55,716 bases of DNA from an uncultured virus (IMG/VR IMGVR_UViG_3300046786_000447) (taxonomy: Duplodnaviria > Heunggongvirae > Uroviricota > Caudoviricetes): IMG/VR virus record IMGVR_UViG_3300046786_000447; one strand, 5' to 3'. The notes beneath the pieces are model-generated. The model was not told the origin of the DNA, did no database searches, and worked only from the letters and a program-made list of their open reading frames with translations. The position numbers were made by a program, and so were the translations under genes. Positions 28,344-38,425 of this stretch are shown one piece after another. The stretch's first letter is position 1. Each line of letters begins with the position of its first letter.

Positions 28344-31300
28344 TATCTTCTAACACCTCTCATGGTTGGGCTGTTTTCTCCCATATTTCTTAGCTTAGCC
28401 ATAACTGTTTGAGCAATCTCATTTGCGTTTGAATCAGTTCTAGCATTAACTGTTAGAGTATAATTATACACTGAATTGGAGTTTGATGACTGAACAACTG
28501 ATGCCCCTCTTGAAATATCTGCAGTAGGAATTGGGTCCATGCCAGAAAGCATTGGAATTGATGGTTCGCTATAGGTTCCAGCGTTGATGGCCTTGAGCAT
28601 TCCACGACCATACTTTCCAACAGAATTTCTATTTACAACAAACTCTCCTGGTGTAAGCATTGCTGGGACATTATCATAGTTTCCAACTCCATCAACTGAT
28701 CCACCTGAGTTATATCCATTTGCAGCAATAACCTTATTTGCAGCCTCTGTCATTCTTATTGCAGTTGTTGTCATTCCTGGTATATTGTAATATGAGCTTG
28801 CCTTAATTAAGTCTTCTTTTGCCTGAGCAACATTAGCAGCAGCCTTAGCAATTTGATCAGAAGTTTTTCCAGCATTAGGATTTGAAGTGGTAGCAGACTG
28901 AACTCCTGCTAAAGGTGCTCCTGCACCAGCATACTTAGTGGTGATTGTATAAAGAGTCTCGTATGTCTTTGGAACTGAATTCCAGTAATCAAGAATCTTT
29001 TTAACTGAATCCTTTGCAATAGAGATTGACTGCTGATACTTTCCAGAACTCATATACGCAAGATCAATATTGTTCTTAATCTCAGTCCATTGCTTCTTTG
29101 TCAAACCACCAGCTGTTACAAGTTCAAGCTGTCTGTCTCTTTCAATAGTAGCAAGTCTTACTCTTTCTTGTGCTGGAACCAACTGCTGCTGCTGAATTTT
29201 AAAGATTTCGTCATTAAGCTTCTTGACCTGTGTTTCAATTTCTACCCTAGAATATCCCTTGTCACTTCTTACACCGCCAAGAGCATCTTTTCTTGATTGT
29301 TCAAGAGCTGTCTGCTGATCCTGCATTGCAAACCCAGCAGCCTGAGATCTCATGTCAAGTGCTGCTCTGGCAGCCTGTGCCATATCTCCAGAAGCAAGTG
29401 CTTGAGCCAAACCAAGCTGACCCTTTTGCTGATTAGAGATACGCTCATTCATTTGAGCAATAGTGTTTAGTGCTTCCTTACGCTTATCGTAAGACTCATT
29501 GATTACCTTCTCTTGGTCTTCTATTCCCTTGAGCTGTGCGTTCCACTGTCCAACTTGATAGTTAATTCCTGAAATCTGATTTTCTGCAGACTTGATTATG
29601 TCATTATCGTTCTTTGTAACATTCTCAAACTGAATTTGAATCTTTTGTTCCTTAGCACTAATCTCTGCCATTGCATTATTAAATCCAGTATTAAACATGT
29701 CTGTAAGACCTTCTACTGTCAATGACTTAATTGCAATTTCTACATTAGCTGCTTCTGCAACTTGCTTAAGCTTTTCATTAAATTCTGTTTGATTAAATTC
29801 TGGGTGAAGAATCATTGTCTGAAGATCCTTATTATTAAGGATTTCAGTCATTTGTTCTTGTGTAAAGTTCTTTGCCTGTGCACCAAGCTTTAGAAGAAGA
29901 GCCTTCTTGTCATTAAATTCCTGTACAGAACTTGCAAGATTTGTTCTTGTATTAAACTCAAGCATAGCATCTGCAGCCTTCTTAGCAGCATTAGCCATTT
30001 GCTGAAGCTTTTCAGGGCTTAGCTTTGAGTTAGCAATTGCAGATGCAGTTGCTTGGTCTGCAACCATTGCATATGCTGTAGCAGTATCTACACCAGCATT
30101 TTTAAGTTTTGCAAGAGCTGATGTTTGGTATCCTGTCATTTTGGCAGATGCCTGTTGCTGATCCATAAACTTACCAAGCTGAATAGATCTCATTGCTTCA
30201 CCAATAGTAACTAGATCATCCTTGAATGACTTAATGTTTCCATTCTTGTCAAAGTTAAATAGAGACTTCTTTCTTTTTTCAAATTCAGCAGGGTCCATGC
30301 CAGCAATTAGCTGAATAACATCTTCTCCAGCACCAAGCTTACGCATGTCATTCTGAAGACCACTGTATAGTGTCATCTCTCTCTTTGCGTTACCCTTACC
30401 GTCCTTGCCTGAGAATAGACCTCTAAGAATCTTCATGTTTGCATCCCAGCCAACCTTTGGAACAATCTGATTCTTTTGAACGTCACGAAGATCTTTTGTT
30501 AGTCCATCAATAGCAGATGCCTGTGGACCACCACTGCCTCCACCACCAGGACCTGGTGCCTTATACTCAACATTTCCAGCAGCCTTTGTTACTGTGTATG
30601 CCTCGTAATTGAGGTATCCAGATAGCTGCTCTGCATCTGTCTTAGCTGCATATGGAGTACCTTCTGGTGTCTTTAGCCATGCTTGCACCAAAGGATCCTT
30701 ATTTGAAACAACCTTCTGAGAAATAACAGCAAGTTCTTGCATGTAAATCTGCTGTTCTTTGTCTGTTAGCTTTGAGAAGTAGTCCCAGTTTTCTCTAAGT
30801 GCCTTCATAGCGACTGAGTCTGCACCAAGAATCTTTGTAGCAATGGTTAGGTCAAACTTACCTTTTTGCTTTGTAATTCCATCAATGATTTCTGTTAGCT
30901 TCTTTTGTACAGCTGGGTTCTTTTCAATGTAGTTTGCCACTACCTTTAGTTCTGGTGAACGTGCAGTACCCTGACCAACTGCTGACCACATAGTCAGAAT
31001 CTTTTGTGCATCTGCTGATGTCTTTGCAGCTTCTACCTTGGCAACAATTGATTTCTGGATAGTCTTATTGCCGTCAAATAGATCGACAACCTGTTGTGTT
31101 TGAGAGCCAGTTGTTCCACCAAACTTAGTAATGATTGTCATCATCTTGTCAATTGACTTTTGGTCATCTCCAAATGTTTCCATAATGGAAATCATTCTCA
31201 TTGGATCAATATTGCCAGATGCCATTTCCATCTTAAGGACATACTTCTGTTCTTTTGTCATTCCTGAGTCATTGACATTTTGAAGTGCTAGAGGAACTAA

Positions 31301-34300
31301 GTCTTCTTGTACTGTACCCTTGTACTTTTTAGTGATAGCCTTTTCTGCACCAGACATTAATGCATCTTGAACTTCTCCGCTAGACCCCTTAAAGTTTGTG
31401 GCTATAGCCTGTACAGTTTCTGCTTGCTGATCAAGTAGTCCCTGTCTGTCTGTCAGATATTGGTTTGTAAGCTTTTCTGCCTCTGCCTGCTTTCCAGCAG
31501 CCATAAGATTTGCATACTTCTTTTCATACTCTTGGTCAAGAGAGTCAAGCATTTGCTGTTCTACTTCAAGCTCTTGCTTTTGCATTGCAATAGCTGCTGC
31601 AGAAGAAGCACCAATTCTCTTTTGTCTATCTCTTTGCTGGAAGATTCCACCTGCAATAGCACCAACAATAGCACCACCAATAGCACCAACAGCAGTACCA
31701 ATAATTGGGACCGCAGATCCAACGATAGCTCCTGCTGCTGCACCAGCTGCAGCTCCACCACCGATACCAAGAGCTGTATTTCCAACATCTCCCATTGTCC
31801 AGCCACTTGCCTTCTTTAGACCCTTCATGGCAACATCTGACTTAGATCTCTGGTCCTCAATTAGCTTTGTACGGATAGACATTCCATCCTTAAGAACATT
31901 TTCTCCATTTGGACCAAGAAGAGTAACTAGCTGAGCATTAGCCTTAATAGAGAAAGAAGAGTCTCCAAGTTGCTCTCCAATTGCAGCAACATAGCTTCTA
32001 GCTTGTTGTGCTGACATTGCTCCAGTCATAACAGCTGAAGCAGCTTGTGCAACTATAGAAGAGCTTGCTGAGGCTGCACCATTTTGCTTAATGTTTTGCT
32101 TAACAGAAGAAAGCATTCCCTTGCCCTCTTCGCTACCAACAAAAGCCTGCCCCCAGGTTGTCTTTCCAGTTTGAATCTGGAATGGGTTAATACCAGCTTC
32201 TCTACGCTTACGCATAATCTCTGTTGCTGAAACAGTTCCTGCAAACTTGCTAAATCCTTCAATCGCTGAGGTTGATGCACCCACCTTTTCGCTAAAATCT
32301 AATACTGAATTTTGAGCATCATCAAATGCCTTCTTTTGTGCATATGTAGCAGCTACCAAAGCACCCACTGCAACCACTGCAGCACCAACTGGAGAAGTAA
32401 GCATAGGAAGGATAGATGTAACAGCACCTGCAATAGGTAGTGCCTTTTGTGCTGTCTCTCCAACTGGACCAGGAATTGCTGATGCTACTGCAAGTGCAGA
32501 TGTAACACCCATACCAATTCCAGTAGCTTTTCCAACTAATGCCTTTGTTCTATTTTGTGGAGCATCTGGACCAAAGCTCTCATCAGAGAAGGCCATTCTT
32601 GCATTGAGTCTACGACCCATCTTTGAATTATTAAACTTAGAGCCAAGTCTTGACTGATCAAATCTATCCATCAGTGTTGGATTTAGATTTGGTCCACGTC
32701 CTCCACCTGCTGAAGCAACACCCTCTGCTGCAGCATCTCCAACTTTCTTACCAGCTGCTCTTGCAGCTGCTTGCTCTGCTTCTACACCCTGATTAGTTCT
32801 TCTTGCTTGTTCACGTCCAGCCTGAGTTGATTCCTCAGCACCTGACTTTGCACCCTTAATAAATCCATCTGCACCATTCTTACCAGCCTTCTCAGCTTTC
32901 TTAGATGGTGACTTAGCCTCTAGACCCTTATTTGCTCCATCAGCAAATCCATCTGAAGCAGACTCAACAAACTTGATCCCTAGACGCTTTGCTGATGCCT
33001 TAAGCATTGCTAGACGCTTTGCAGAATCCTTCTCCTGAAGAAGTTCCTTAAATGCCTGTGGGTCTTGGTCTCTAACCTGTCTTGCAGTTTCATAGGTACC
33101 GCTAGCAAATTGTCTCTTTGCAATCTTTGCCAAATAAGGCTTGTCTGGGTTTTCAGAGTACTGAACGCCAGCATCATAATTAGCGTCTCTGGTTGTTTGT
33201 CTCTTGTACCACTCACGCATGCGTGATAGTGAAAGTCTGTTGTTTGAACCTGAAGTTGTCTTCTGTACAGAAGCAATACCAGAAATTTCTGACATCTCAC
33301 CATAGGCAGTTGCCAATTCTTGGTTTCTAGATGCTACCTTGCTATATGCATTCTGCATAATTCTGTCAAGGTCATCGCCAGAAATCTTTACATCCTTAGC
33401 TGCCTTTCCAGTCTTAGTAATGAAATCCTGAATACCTGCATCTACTTCATCCGCTAGGTCTACCATTGTAGACTTAATTTTCTCTGGATCTACTCCAGCT
33501 CTTGCCATATAGTTTGCAGCCATACCATGTGCCTGGCCTCTTTGGCCTGCATACTCTTCCTGAACCATATCGGCAGGTGCTGCTCCACCCTTTGCTCCTG
33601 ACTGACCAAGCATTGTATTTAGAGCCATTGACTGACCAACTACTCTGTTGTCATAAACCTGGAACTCATGCGTAAGCATGTCTTCGTACTTAACTACGTT
33701 TCCAGAAATTTCTGAAAGAAGCTTTGCCTGTGATGCTAGTCTTTGCTTGATTGCAGCAAGGTCTGCATCATTCTTTGCCATGTCCAAAAGCTGTTGTCCA
33801 GTTGCTGACTGATAGCCAGAGAAGTGTCCTTGGCTATACCCAAATCCTGTTGCAACAGACTTTGAACCATTTGCAAATCCTGGAACATTAATTCTTCTTC
33901 CAGTAAGAAGTGCAGCAACAACTCCAGGGTTTTTGTTTACTGTATCTACAGAAAGCACAACCTCACCATTTGATAGGTTGGCTGGGATTGCATCATCCTT
34001 TGGACCACCAGGACCAGTTACAACGACACCACCACTTGCAAAATTCTTTGGCTTAGTTGGTCTTGTATTTGGAACTGGACCACCAGAGAATCCACGCTGT
34101 GCTGTAATTGCTCTTTGATATGCAGCTGTAAGCATGTCAACAGCATTGGCTTCGGAAGTAAAAGTTTGCTTTAGTGCTGCGTGAGCCTGCTCAAGAGAAG
34201 AGGCTGCAGAAGCTGCTTCCATCTGTGCTTGTGTCATAAACTGTGTTTGTGAGCCAAGATCCTGAGATGCACCACCTGCACCATTGAATACTCTCTTAAC

Positions 34301-36034
34301 TGCTGTAAATAGCTTAATAATGTTAGCTACGCCGTTAGCAAGAAGACCAAATGTCATAAGTGCTACTGGTCCAATACCTGCAAGAATTGCAGTTAGGGTT
34401 ACAACAAACTTCTTAGCACCATCACTAAGGCCGTTAAACTTTTCTAGAATTCCACCAATGAATTGTACAACTGGTGTAATTGCCTTTAGGAATTGCTCAC
34501 CAATAGGTACCAATGTGTTCTTTAGATCTTCAATTGCTTTCTTGAACTTGTAAAGTGGAGAGTTCTCCATTGTCTTCATTTCTCGTTCAGAAAGAATTGC
34601 AAGTTCTTCTGCTGTTGCGTTTGACAACTCAAGGACCTTATTTGCTTGAGAACCTTCTGCAATAACGTTCTGGAACAATGTAGACATACGTGCAAACTGG
34701 AACTTACCAAATAGCTTTTCAATAGCCTGTGCACGGTTTAGTGGATCTAGCTTATCAAGTGCTTCTGCAAAGCCAATAACAGTACCCTTTAGATCACCCT
34801 TGTTAGCTTCTACTAGTCCCTTGATATTAATACCAAAACTACCAAGGAATTCTGATGCTGCCTTTGTTGGGTTAATCATAGATGCAAGACCAGACTTAAG
34901 TGCGTTAGCACCTTCTGCTGCATTTACACCACCCTCACGCATAGCTGTGAGGAAGAATGTTAGATCTTCTACGCTACCACCAAGTTGCTGAATAACTGGT
35001 GCAGCTTTAGGAATTGCAGTTGTAAGGTCATCGATAGATGTAACAGTTTGGTTTTCAACTGCGTTAAGGAAGTTTGTCTTCTTTGCTAGATCTTCTGCTG
35101 CAATACCAAAAGCGTTAGTAAGTGAGATAGTTGTTTCCAAAGCCTGTTGCTGATCAATACCGCCAAGGACTGCAAGCTTTGTTGCTGATGCAACCTGCTC
35201 CATAAGCTCTGCACCTTGCTTACCAGTTGCAGCTGCATCTGCAGCGAGCTTAATTGTATCTGCTACTGCAATGCCATACTTTGTATAGTCAGAAGCAAGC
35301 TTTCGAATATCCTCAGACATCGCCATTGCATCTGAAGAAGAGGTTTGAAGATCTCCATAGACTCTCTTAAATCTAATCATCTGAGTTTCAACATCAGAGA
35401 ATGCCTTGGCTGCTTGAGACCCAAACATCATAAGTGGAATTGTAAAACCAACCATGAGCTGACGACCAGCCCACTGTGTATTCTTACCAAAGTTTAGAAG
35501 GTTTGTAGAACCTTGCTGAAGAAGCTGATTAAGAATCTGTGTTCTTTGAGCAGCCATCTGTGTCTTGGTGCCAAGATCTTCCATGTCAAGTGCAAGCGGT
35601 CTAACCTTAATTGCTTGAATTGCACCATTGGCATCTTTACCAAGTTTGATGTATTGTGTCTGTAAATCTTTTACACGTTCACGTGTGACTGTGCTAATTG
35701 TTTCAAACTCTTGGGCAAACATCTTGCCAAATGTTTTTGTAGCAGCACCAGTATATCTAAAGTACTCACGAAGAGTAAACTGATTCTTTTCTAGGGCAGT
35801 TGTAAATGCCTCTGTAGTTGAAGCAACACTAGTAAATTGAGCTGAGAACTTACCAGTTGCATTAATCTGATTTACAAGATTATTAGCAAGATTATTTGAT
35901 GCTGCTTGTGCAGCAGCACCACCCTTTGCCATTGATGTATGAAAGGCTGAGATCTCTCTTTGCAGAGCCCTTAAATTGGCTAGAGCTTGAGACGCATCAA
36001 TATTAATATTAATATTGGATTCGACATCAGCCAT
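28343..36034 (-). CDS. Tape measure protein (2563 aa)
   Basis: TP901-type core (GANALKSGLASMINPT), GGxVxGPG...D.IPA.LS.GE.V motifs, hydrophobic segments, coiled coils; follows the chaperones. Confidence 0.93.
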   Translation of the reverse strand: MADVESNININIDASQALANLRALQREISAFHTSMAKGGAAAQAASNNLANNLVNQINATGKFSAQFTSVASTTEAFTTALEKNQFTLREYFRYTGAATKTFGKMFAQEFETISTVTRERVKDLQTQYIKLGKDANGAIQAIKVRPLALDMEDLGTKTQMAAQRTQILNQLLQQGSTNLLNFGKNTQWAGRQLMVGFTIPLMMFGSQAAKAFSDVETQMIRFKRVYGDLQTSSSDAMAMSEDIRKLASDYTKYGIAVADTIKLAADAAATGKQGAELMEQVASATKLAVLGGIDQQQALETTISLTNAFGIAAEDLAKKTNFLNAVENQTVTSIDDLTTAIPKAAPVIQQLGGSVEDLTFFLTAMREGGVNAAEGANALKSGLASMINPTKAASEFLGSFGINIKGLVEANKGDLKGTVIGFAEALDKLDPLNRAQAIEKLFGKFQFARMSTLFQNVIAEGSQANKVLELSNATAEELAILSEREMKTMENSPLYKFKKAIEDLKNTLVPIGEQFLKAITPVVQFIGGILEKFNGLSDGAKKFVVTLTAILAGIGPVALMTFGLLANGVANIIKLFTAVKRVFNGAGGASQDLGSQTQFMTQAQMEAASAASSLEQAHAALKQTFTSEANAVDMLTAAYQRAITAQRGFSGGPVPNTRPTKPKNFASGGVVVTGPGGPKDDAIPANLSNGEVVLSVDTVNKNPGVVAALLTGRRINVPGFANGSKSVATGFGYSQGHFSGYQSATGQQLLDMAKNDADLAAIKQRLASQAKLLSEISGNVVKYEDMLTHEFQVYDNRVVGQSMALNTMLGQSGAKGGAAPADMVQEEYAGQRGQAHGMAANYMARAGVDPEKIKSTMVDLADEVDAGIQDFITKTGKAAKDVKISGDDLDRIMQNAYSKVASRNQELATAYGEMSEISGIASVQKTTSGSNNRLSLSRMREWYKRQTTRDANYDAGVQYSENPDKPYLAKIAKRQFASGTYETARQVRDQDPQAFKELLQEKDSAKRLAMLKASAKRLGIKFVESASDGFADGANKGLEAKSPSKKAEKAGKNGADGFIKGAKSGAEESTQAGREQARRTNQGVEAEQAAARAAGKKVGDAAAEGVASAGGGRGPNLNPTLMDRFDQSRLGSKFNNSKMGRRLNARMAFSDESFGPDAPQNRTKALVGKATGIGMGVTSALAVASAIPGPVGETAQKALPIAGAVTSILPMLTSPVGAAVVAVGALVAATYAQKKAFDDAQNSVLDFSEKVGASTSAIEGFSKFAGTVSATEIMRKRREAGINPFQIQTGKTTWGQAFVGSEEGKGMLSSVKQNIKQNGAASASSSIVAQAASAVMTGAMSAQQARSYVAAIGEQLGDSSFSIKANAQLVTLLGPNGENVLKDGMSIRTKLIEDQRSKSDVAMKGLKKASGWTMGDVGNTALGIGGGAAAGAAAGAIVGSAVPIIGTAVGAIGGAIVGAIAGGIFQQRDRQKRIGASSAAAIAMQKQELEVEQQMLDSLDQEYEKKYANLMAAGKQAEAEKLTNQYLTDRQGLLDQQAETVQAIATNFKGSSGEVQDALMSGAEKAITKKYKGTVQEDLVPLALQNVNDSGMTKEQKYVLKMEMASGNIDPMRMISIMETFGDDQKSIDKMMTIITKFGGTTGSQTQQVVDLFDGNKTIQKSIVAKVEAAKTSADAQKILTMWSAVGQGTARSPELKVVANYIEKNPAVQKKLTEIIDGITKQKGKFDLTIATKILGADSVAMKALRENWDYFSKLTDKEQQIYMQELAVISQKVVSNKDPLVQAWLKTPEGTPYAAKTDAEQLSGYLNYEAYTVTKAAGNVEYKAPGPGGGGSGGPQASAIDGLTKDLRDVQKNQIVPKVGWDANMKILRGLFSGKDGKGNAKREMTLYSGLQNDMRKLGAGEDVIQLIAGMDPAEFEKRKKSLFNFDKNGNIKSFKDDLVTIGEAMRSIQLGKFMDQQQASAKMTGYQTSALAKLKNAGVDTATAYAMVADQATASAIANSKLSPEKLQQMANAAKKAADAMLEFNTRTNLASSVQEFNDKKALLLKLGAQAKNFTQEQMTEILNNKDLQTMILHPEFNQTEFNEKLKQVAEAANVEIAIKSLTVEGLTDMFNTGFNNAMAEISAKEQKIQIQFENVTKNDNDIIKSAENQISGINYQVGQWNAQLKGIEDQEKVINESYDKRKEALNTIAQMNERISNQQKGQLGLAQALASGDMAQAARAALDMRSQAAGFAMQDQQTALEQSRKDALGGVRSDKGYSRVEIETQVKKLNDEIFKIQQQQLVPAQERVRLATIERDRQLELVTAGGLTKKQWTEIKNNIDLAYMSSGKYQQSISIAKDSVKKILDYWNSVPKTYETLYTITTKYAGAGAPLAGVQSATTSNPNAGKTSDQIAKAAANVAQAKEDLIKASSYYNIPGMTTTAIRMTEAANKVIAANGYNSGGSVDGVGNYDNVPAMLTPGEFVVNRNSVGKYGRGMLKAINAGTYSEPSIPMLSGMDPIPTADISRGASVVQSSNSNSVYNYTLTVNARTDSNANEIAQTVMAKLRNMGENSPTMRGVRR

Positions 36035-36061
36035 TCATTTACACCTCTTTGTAACTATAGG

Positions 36062-36382
36062 TTAGCCAGCGATATTGCCGAATTGGGCTTCGCTTAGCTT
36101 GATACCAGAAGCCTCTTCAACAATCTTGTAGACTGTTGGAAGATCAAGATTCTCTTCTAGGTATTCAACATCTGTAATCTCTGGCTTGTACTGCTGAAGT
36201 GCGATTGTCACACATTCCATCAATAGATCCATTGATTTTGCATTGTCTTCTGCTACTGCTGCAATTCCTTCAAACTTCTTCATGAATGGACGAAGAAGGG
36301 AAATCTTTAGCGGTCTTAGTTCAATCTTTGTTCCGTCAATTAGTGTTACCGTCTTCTTTTCGTTTACGGTGGTTGCCATCAT
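36062..36382 (-). CDS. Tail assembly chaperone, short form
   Basis: Lies between major tail and tape measure genes; homologous to the N-terminus of 36426..37109; AAGGAG RBS. Confidence 0.75.
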   Translation of the reverse strand: MMATTVNEKKTVTLIDGTKIELRPLKISLLRPFMKKFEGIAAVAEDNAKSMDLLMECVTIALQQYKPEITDVEYLEENLDLPTVYKIVEEASGIKLSEAQFGNIAG

Positions 36383-36405
36383 TATCTCCTTAATGTATGT
36401 GTTTA

Positions 36406-36414
36406 ATTATATCA
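36406..36414 (-). promoter_or_regulatory. Extended -10 promoter for the short chaperone/tape measure
   Basis: TGATATAAT on the minus strand in the intergenic gap. Confidence 0.6.
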
Positions 36415-36425
36415 TAAAACAGGTA

Positions 36426-37109
36426 TTAACTACCGACTTTTTCATAGTCTAGTCCCATACCAATACCAAACCCAGCTTTATTAGCGTTTACACCTTGATA
36501 TGCGAGAATATCATTTGGATCACCAGTTCCTCCAAATACCCTAGCCTTCATTGCTTCCCAAGGATCATCTTCTTTCTGACCAGTCTGTTCGTCAAGATCG
36601 ATACCCTTAAGTGCAGCAGTAAACTTTTTATCGCTGTAGTCTTTTTCTCTTTTTGACTCTAGAAGAGCATTTAGCTCAAACATAGATATGCATCTTTCCA
36701 ACTCTTCAAAGTCTTTCCAGATGCCAAGCAGAAACACCTCTGCTTCTAGCTTTGCTAGATCAAGTGTTTCCCAAGTCATATTCTCTCCAGATGTTGCCTG
36801 TTCCTGTAAGTTTTCTTCTTCTAGGTCCATCTTAATACCTGCTGAATAATCTAAAATAATCTTAAGATTGTGCATATCAAAATTATCTTCTATCTTCTCA
36901 TCAGTATCAAACTCTGGATAGAACTGCTTCATGGCTACCCTTGCACACCCAACCAAAAACCCAGTTGCTTCATTGTCATCCTGGGCAGTCTTTACTAGCT
37001 GGAATTCTTCCATGAATTCCCTAAGATATTTAATCTTGAGTGGCTGAACCTCTATGAGTATTCCATCGATAGTCTCAACAGTGGTTTTTTCTTGTATGCG
37101 TGTAGCCAT
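36426..37109 (-). CDS. Tail assembly chaperone, long form
   Basis: N-terminal half paralogous to the short form; C-terminal LAKLEAEVFLLGIWKDFEELE extension. Confidence 0.72.
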   Translation of the reverse strand: MATRIQEKTTVETIDGILIEVQPLKIKYLREFMEEFQLVKTAQDDNEATGFLVGCARVAMKQFYPEFDTDEKIEDNFDMHNLKIILDYSAGIKMDLEEENLQEQATSGENMTWETLDLAKLEAEVFLLGIWKDFEELERCISMFELNALLESKREKDYSDKKFTAALKGIDLDEQTGQKEDDPWEAMKARVFGGTGDPNDILAYQGVNANKAGFGIGMGLDYEKVGS

Positions 37110-37115
37110 CTTACC

Positions 37116-37124
37116 ATTATAGCA
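37116..37124 (-). promoter_or_regulatory. Extended -10 promoter, probably giving a leaderless transcript
   Basis: TGCTATAAT-GGTAAG-ATG: start codon 6 nt after the -10, no SD. Confidence 0.62.
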
Positions 37125-37164
37125 AAAAAAAGAAAAGCTGCCCCAAGATAATCTTAGGACAGCC
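37124..37164 (-). terminator. Rho-independent terminator after the major tail gene
   Basis: Minus strand GGCTGTCCTAAGAT-T-ATCTTGGGGCAGCT then TTTCTTTTTTTT. Confidence 0.8.
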
Positions 37165-37182
37165 TCTCTATATATCTAGTTA

Positions 37183-37794
37183 TTAGATTGTGCGGTCAAC
37201 GATCTTACCATAAGATGCGTTGTCGTTTGGAAGCAGACGGAAAGAAACGTCAAACTGAGTTGCTGCGTCACGCTTTGCTGCGACAGACACGCTGTCGATA
37301 GACAATGCACGATAAGCTGCATAAATTCTTTCTTCATTTGCTGCACAGTCACCTGTGCCTGGACCTACTGCAACAAGACCACGTTCAACTGGGCATTCGC
37401 CAAGTTCACCTGCGGAAAGGTTGAGAGTCTGGAGGCCTGTTGCTGTTGTGAGATTCGAATCTTTGCTGGCGAGTGCAAAAAGTAGATTCTCCAGAGTAGC
37501 CTCGGCAAAAGTAGTCTTTAGGTTAACCTTCATGCCCTGCTTGAAAAGCTTAGCTGCGTCAAGAACCTGGTCAACTGTAACCTCACCGAAGTCAGGTTGG
37601 AATTGTAGTTCAAGACCGTTTGAAGTATAACCTACGTTACGGAAGTCTGCATCGTCTGCAAGTGTATCCTTGTAAGAATCACCTTCAGCGTATGCTGGCA
37701 AATCAGCCTCGGTAAGAGCTGTGTTCGCTTCATATGTGAAGAGAGCAGCAGCACCAACGATGATGTTTGCACTAGTACCACGTGTATATGCCAT
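37183..37794 (-). CDS. Major tail (tube) protein
   Basis: MAYTRG..NIIVGAA...VGYTSNGLEL...VDQ...FAEATLENL; GAGGTG RBS supports the start at 37794. Confidence 0.85.
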   Translation of the reverse strand: MAYTRGTSANIIVGAAALFTYEANTALTEADLPAYAEGDSYKDTLADDADFRNVGYTSNGLELQFQPDFGEVTVDQVLDAAKLFKQGMKVNLKTTFAEATLENLLFALASKDSNLTTATGLQTLNLSAGELGECPVERGLVAVGPGTGDCAANEERIYAAYRALSIDSVSVAAKRDAATQFDVSFRLLPNDNASYGKIVDRTI

Positions 37795-37876
37795 ATATTT
37801 CACCTCTTTTTATCTATAGAATAAAGGGCGTGTTTCCTCAAGTTCAAGTATACCGCCATTTATGTTAATTTTGCTT

Positions 37877-38425
37877 TTAAGCGTTGGTCAGATCAGGCAT
37901 TCTGTGGTAGTCAAAGTCAATAATAAACTTGTTAGCACCAATTGTCCTGGCTGTACCAAAGTCTACGATATCCCTAGTTTCCTGGAGCTGGTAGACCTTA
38001 AATCTGTGGAAGTAGAATAGTGGTGGGACTCCAGCGATATCCTTGCCCCTCATCCACTTGTTAATCTCTTCTGCTGTCTCATCCTCACGGTCCATGAGTC
38101 TAGTGATGAGCTCTTGAATTCTCAAAATGTGATCTGTAGCACCATTTGCAGTTGCATAGATATAGTAAACTAACTCTTCACACTTAATGTGTGGAAATGG
38201 AGATCTTCTCATTCTGCCCATTCTGTCGTAAACACAAATGACTCCATTTTGAGCAGATTGTACTGACTGAGTCAAATCATCAATTGTTGTTGGACTTGTT
38301 GGCATAAAAGCTGGCATTTCAAGACCTAGGTCTGTACCTATCTTTTCATGTAGGTATTTGTTAATCCATAATACTGGAGTAGTTATTACTCCTGTAGATT
38401 CTTCTGTTGGATGCTTTATTGTCAT
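37877..38425 (-). CDS. Putative tail terminator/neck protein
   Basis: Position just before the major tail gene; start MTIKHP with ATGA overlap. Confidence 0.55.
   Translation of the reverse strand: MTIKHPTEESTGVITTPVLWINKYLHEKIGTDLGLEMPAFMPTSPTTIDDLTQSVQSAQNGVICVYDRMGRMRRSPFPHIKCEELVYYIYATANGATDHILRIQELITRLMDREDETAEEINKWMRGKDIAGVPPLFYFHRFKVYQLQETRDIVDFGTARTIGANKFIIDFDYHRMPDLTNA

Noticed and set aside
36426..37109. Programmed ribosomal frameshift in the tail chaperone
   Set aside because: The two chaperone ORFs do not overlap, are separated by a promoter and RBS, and the long form is already one continuous frame
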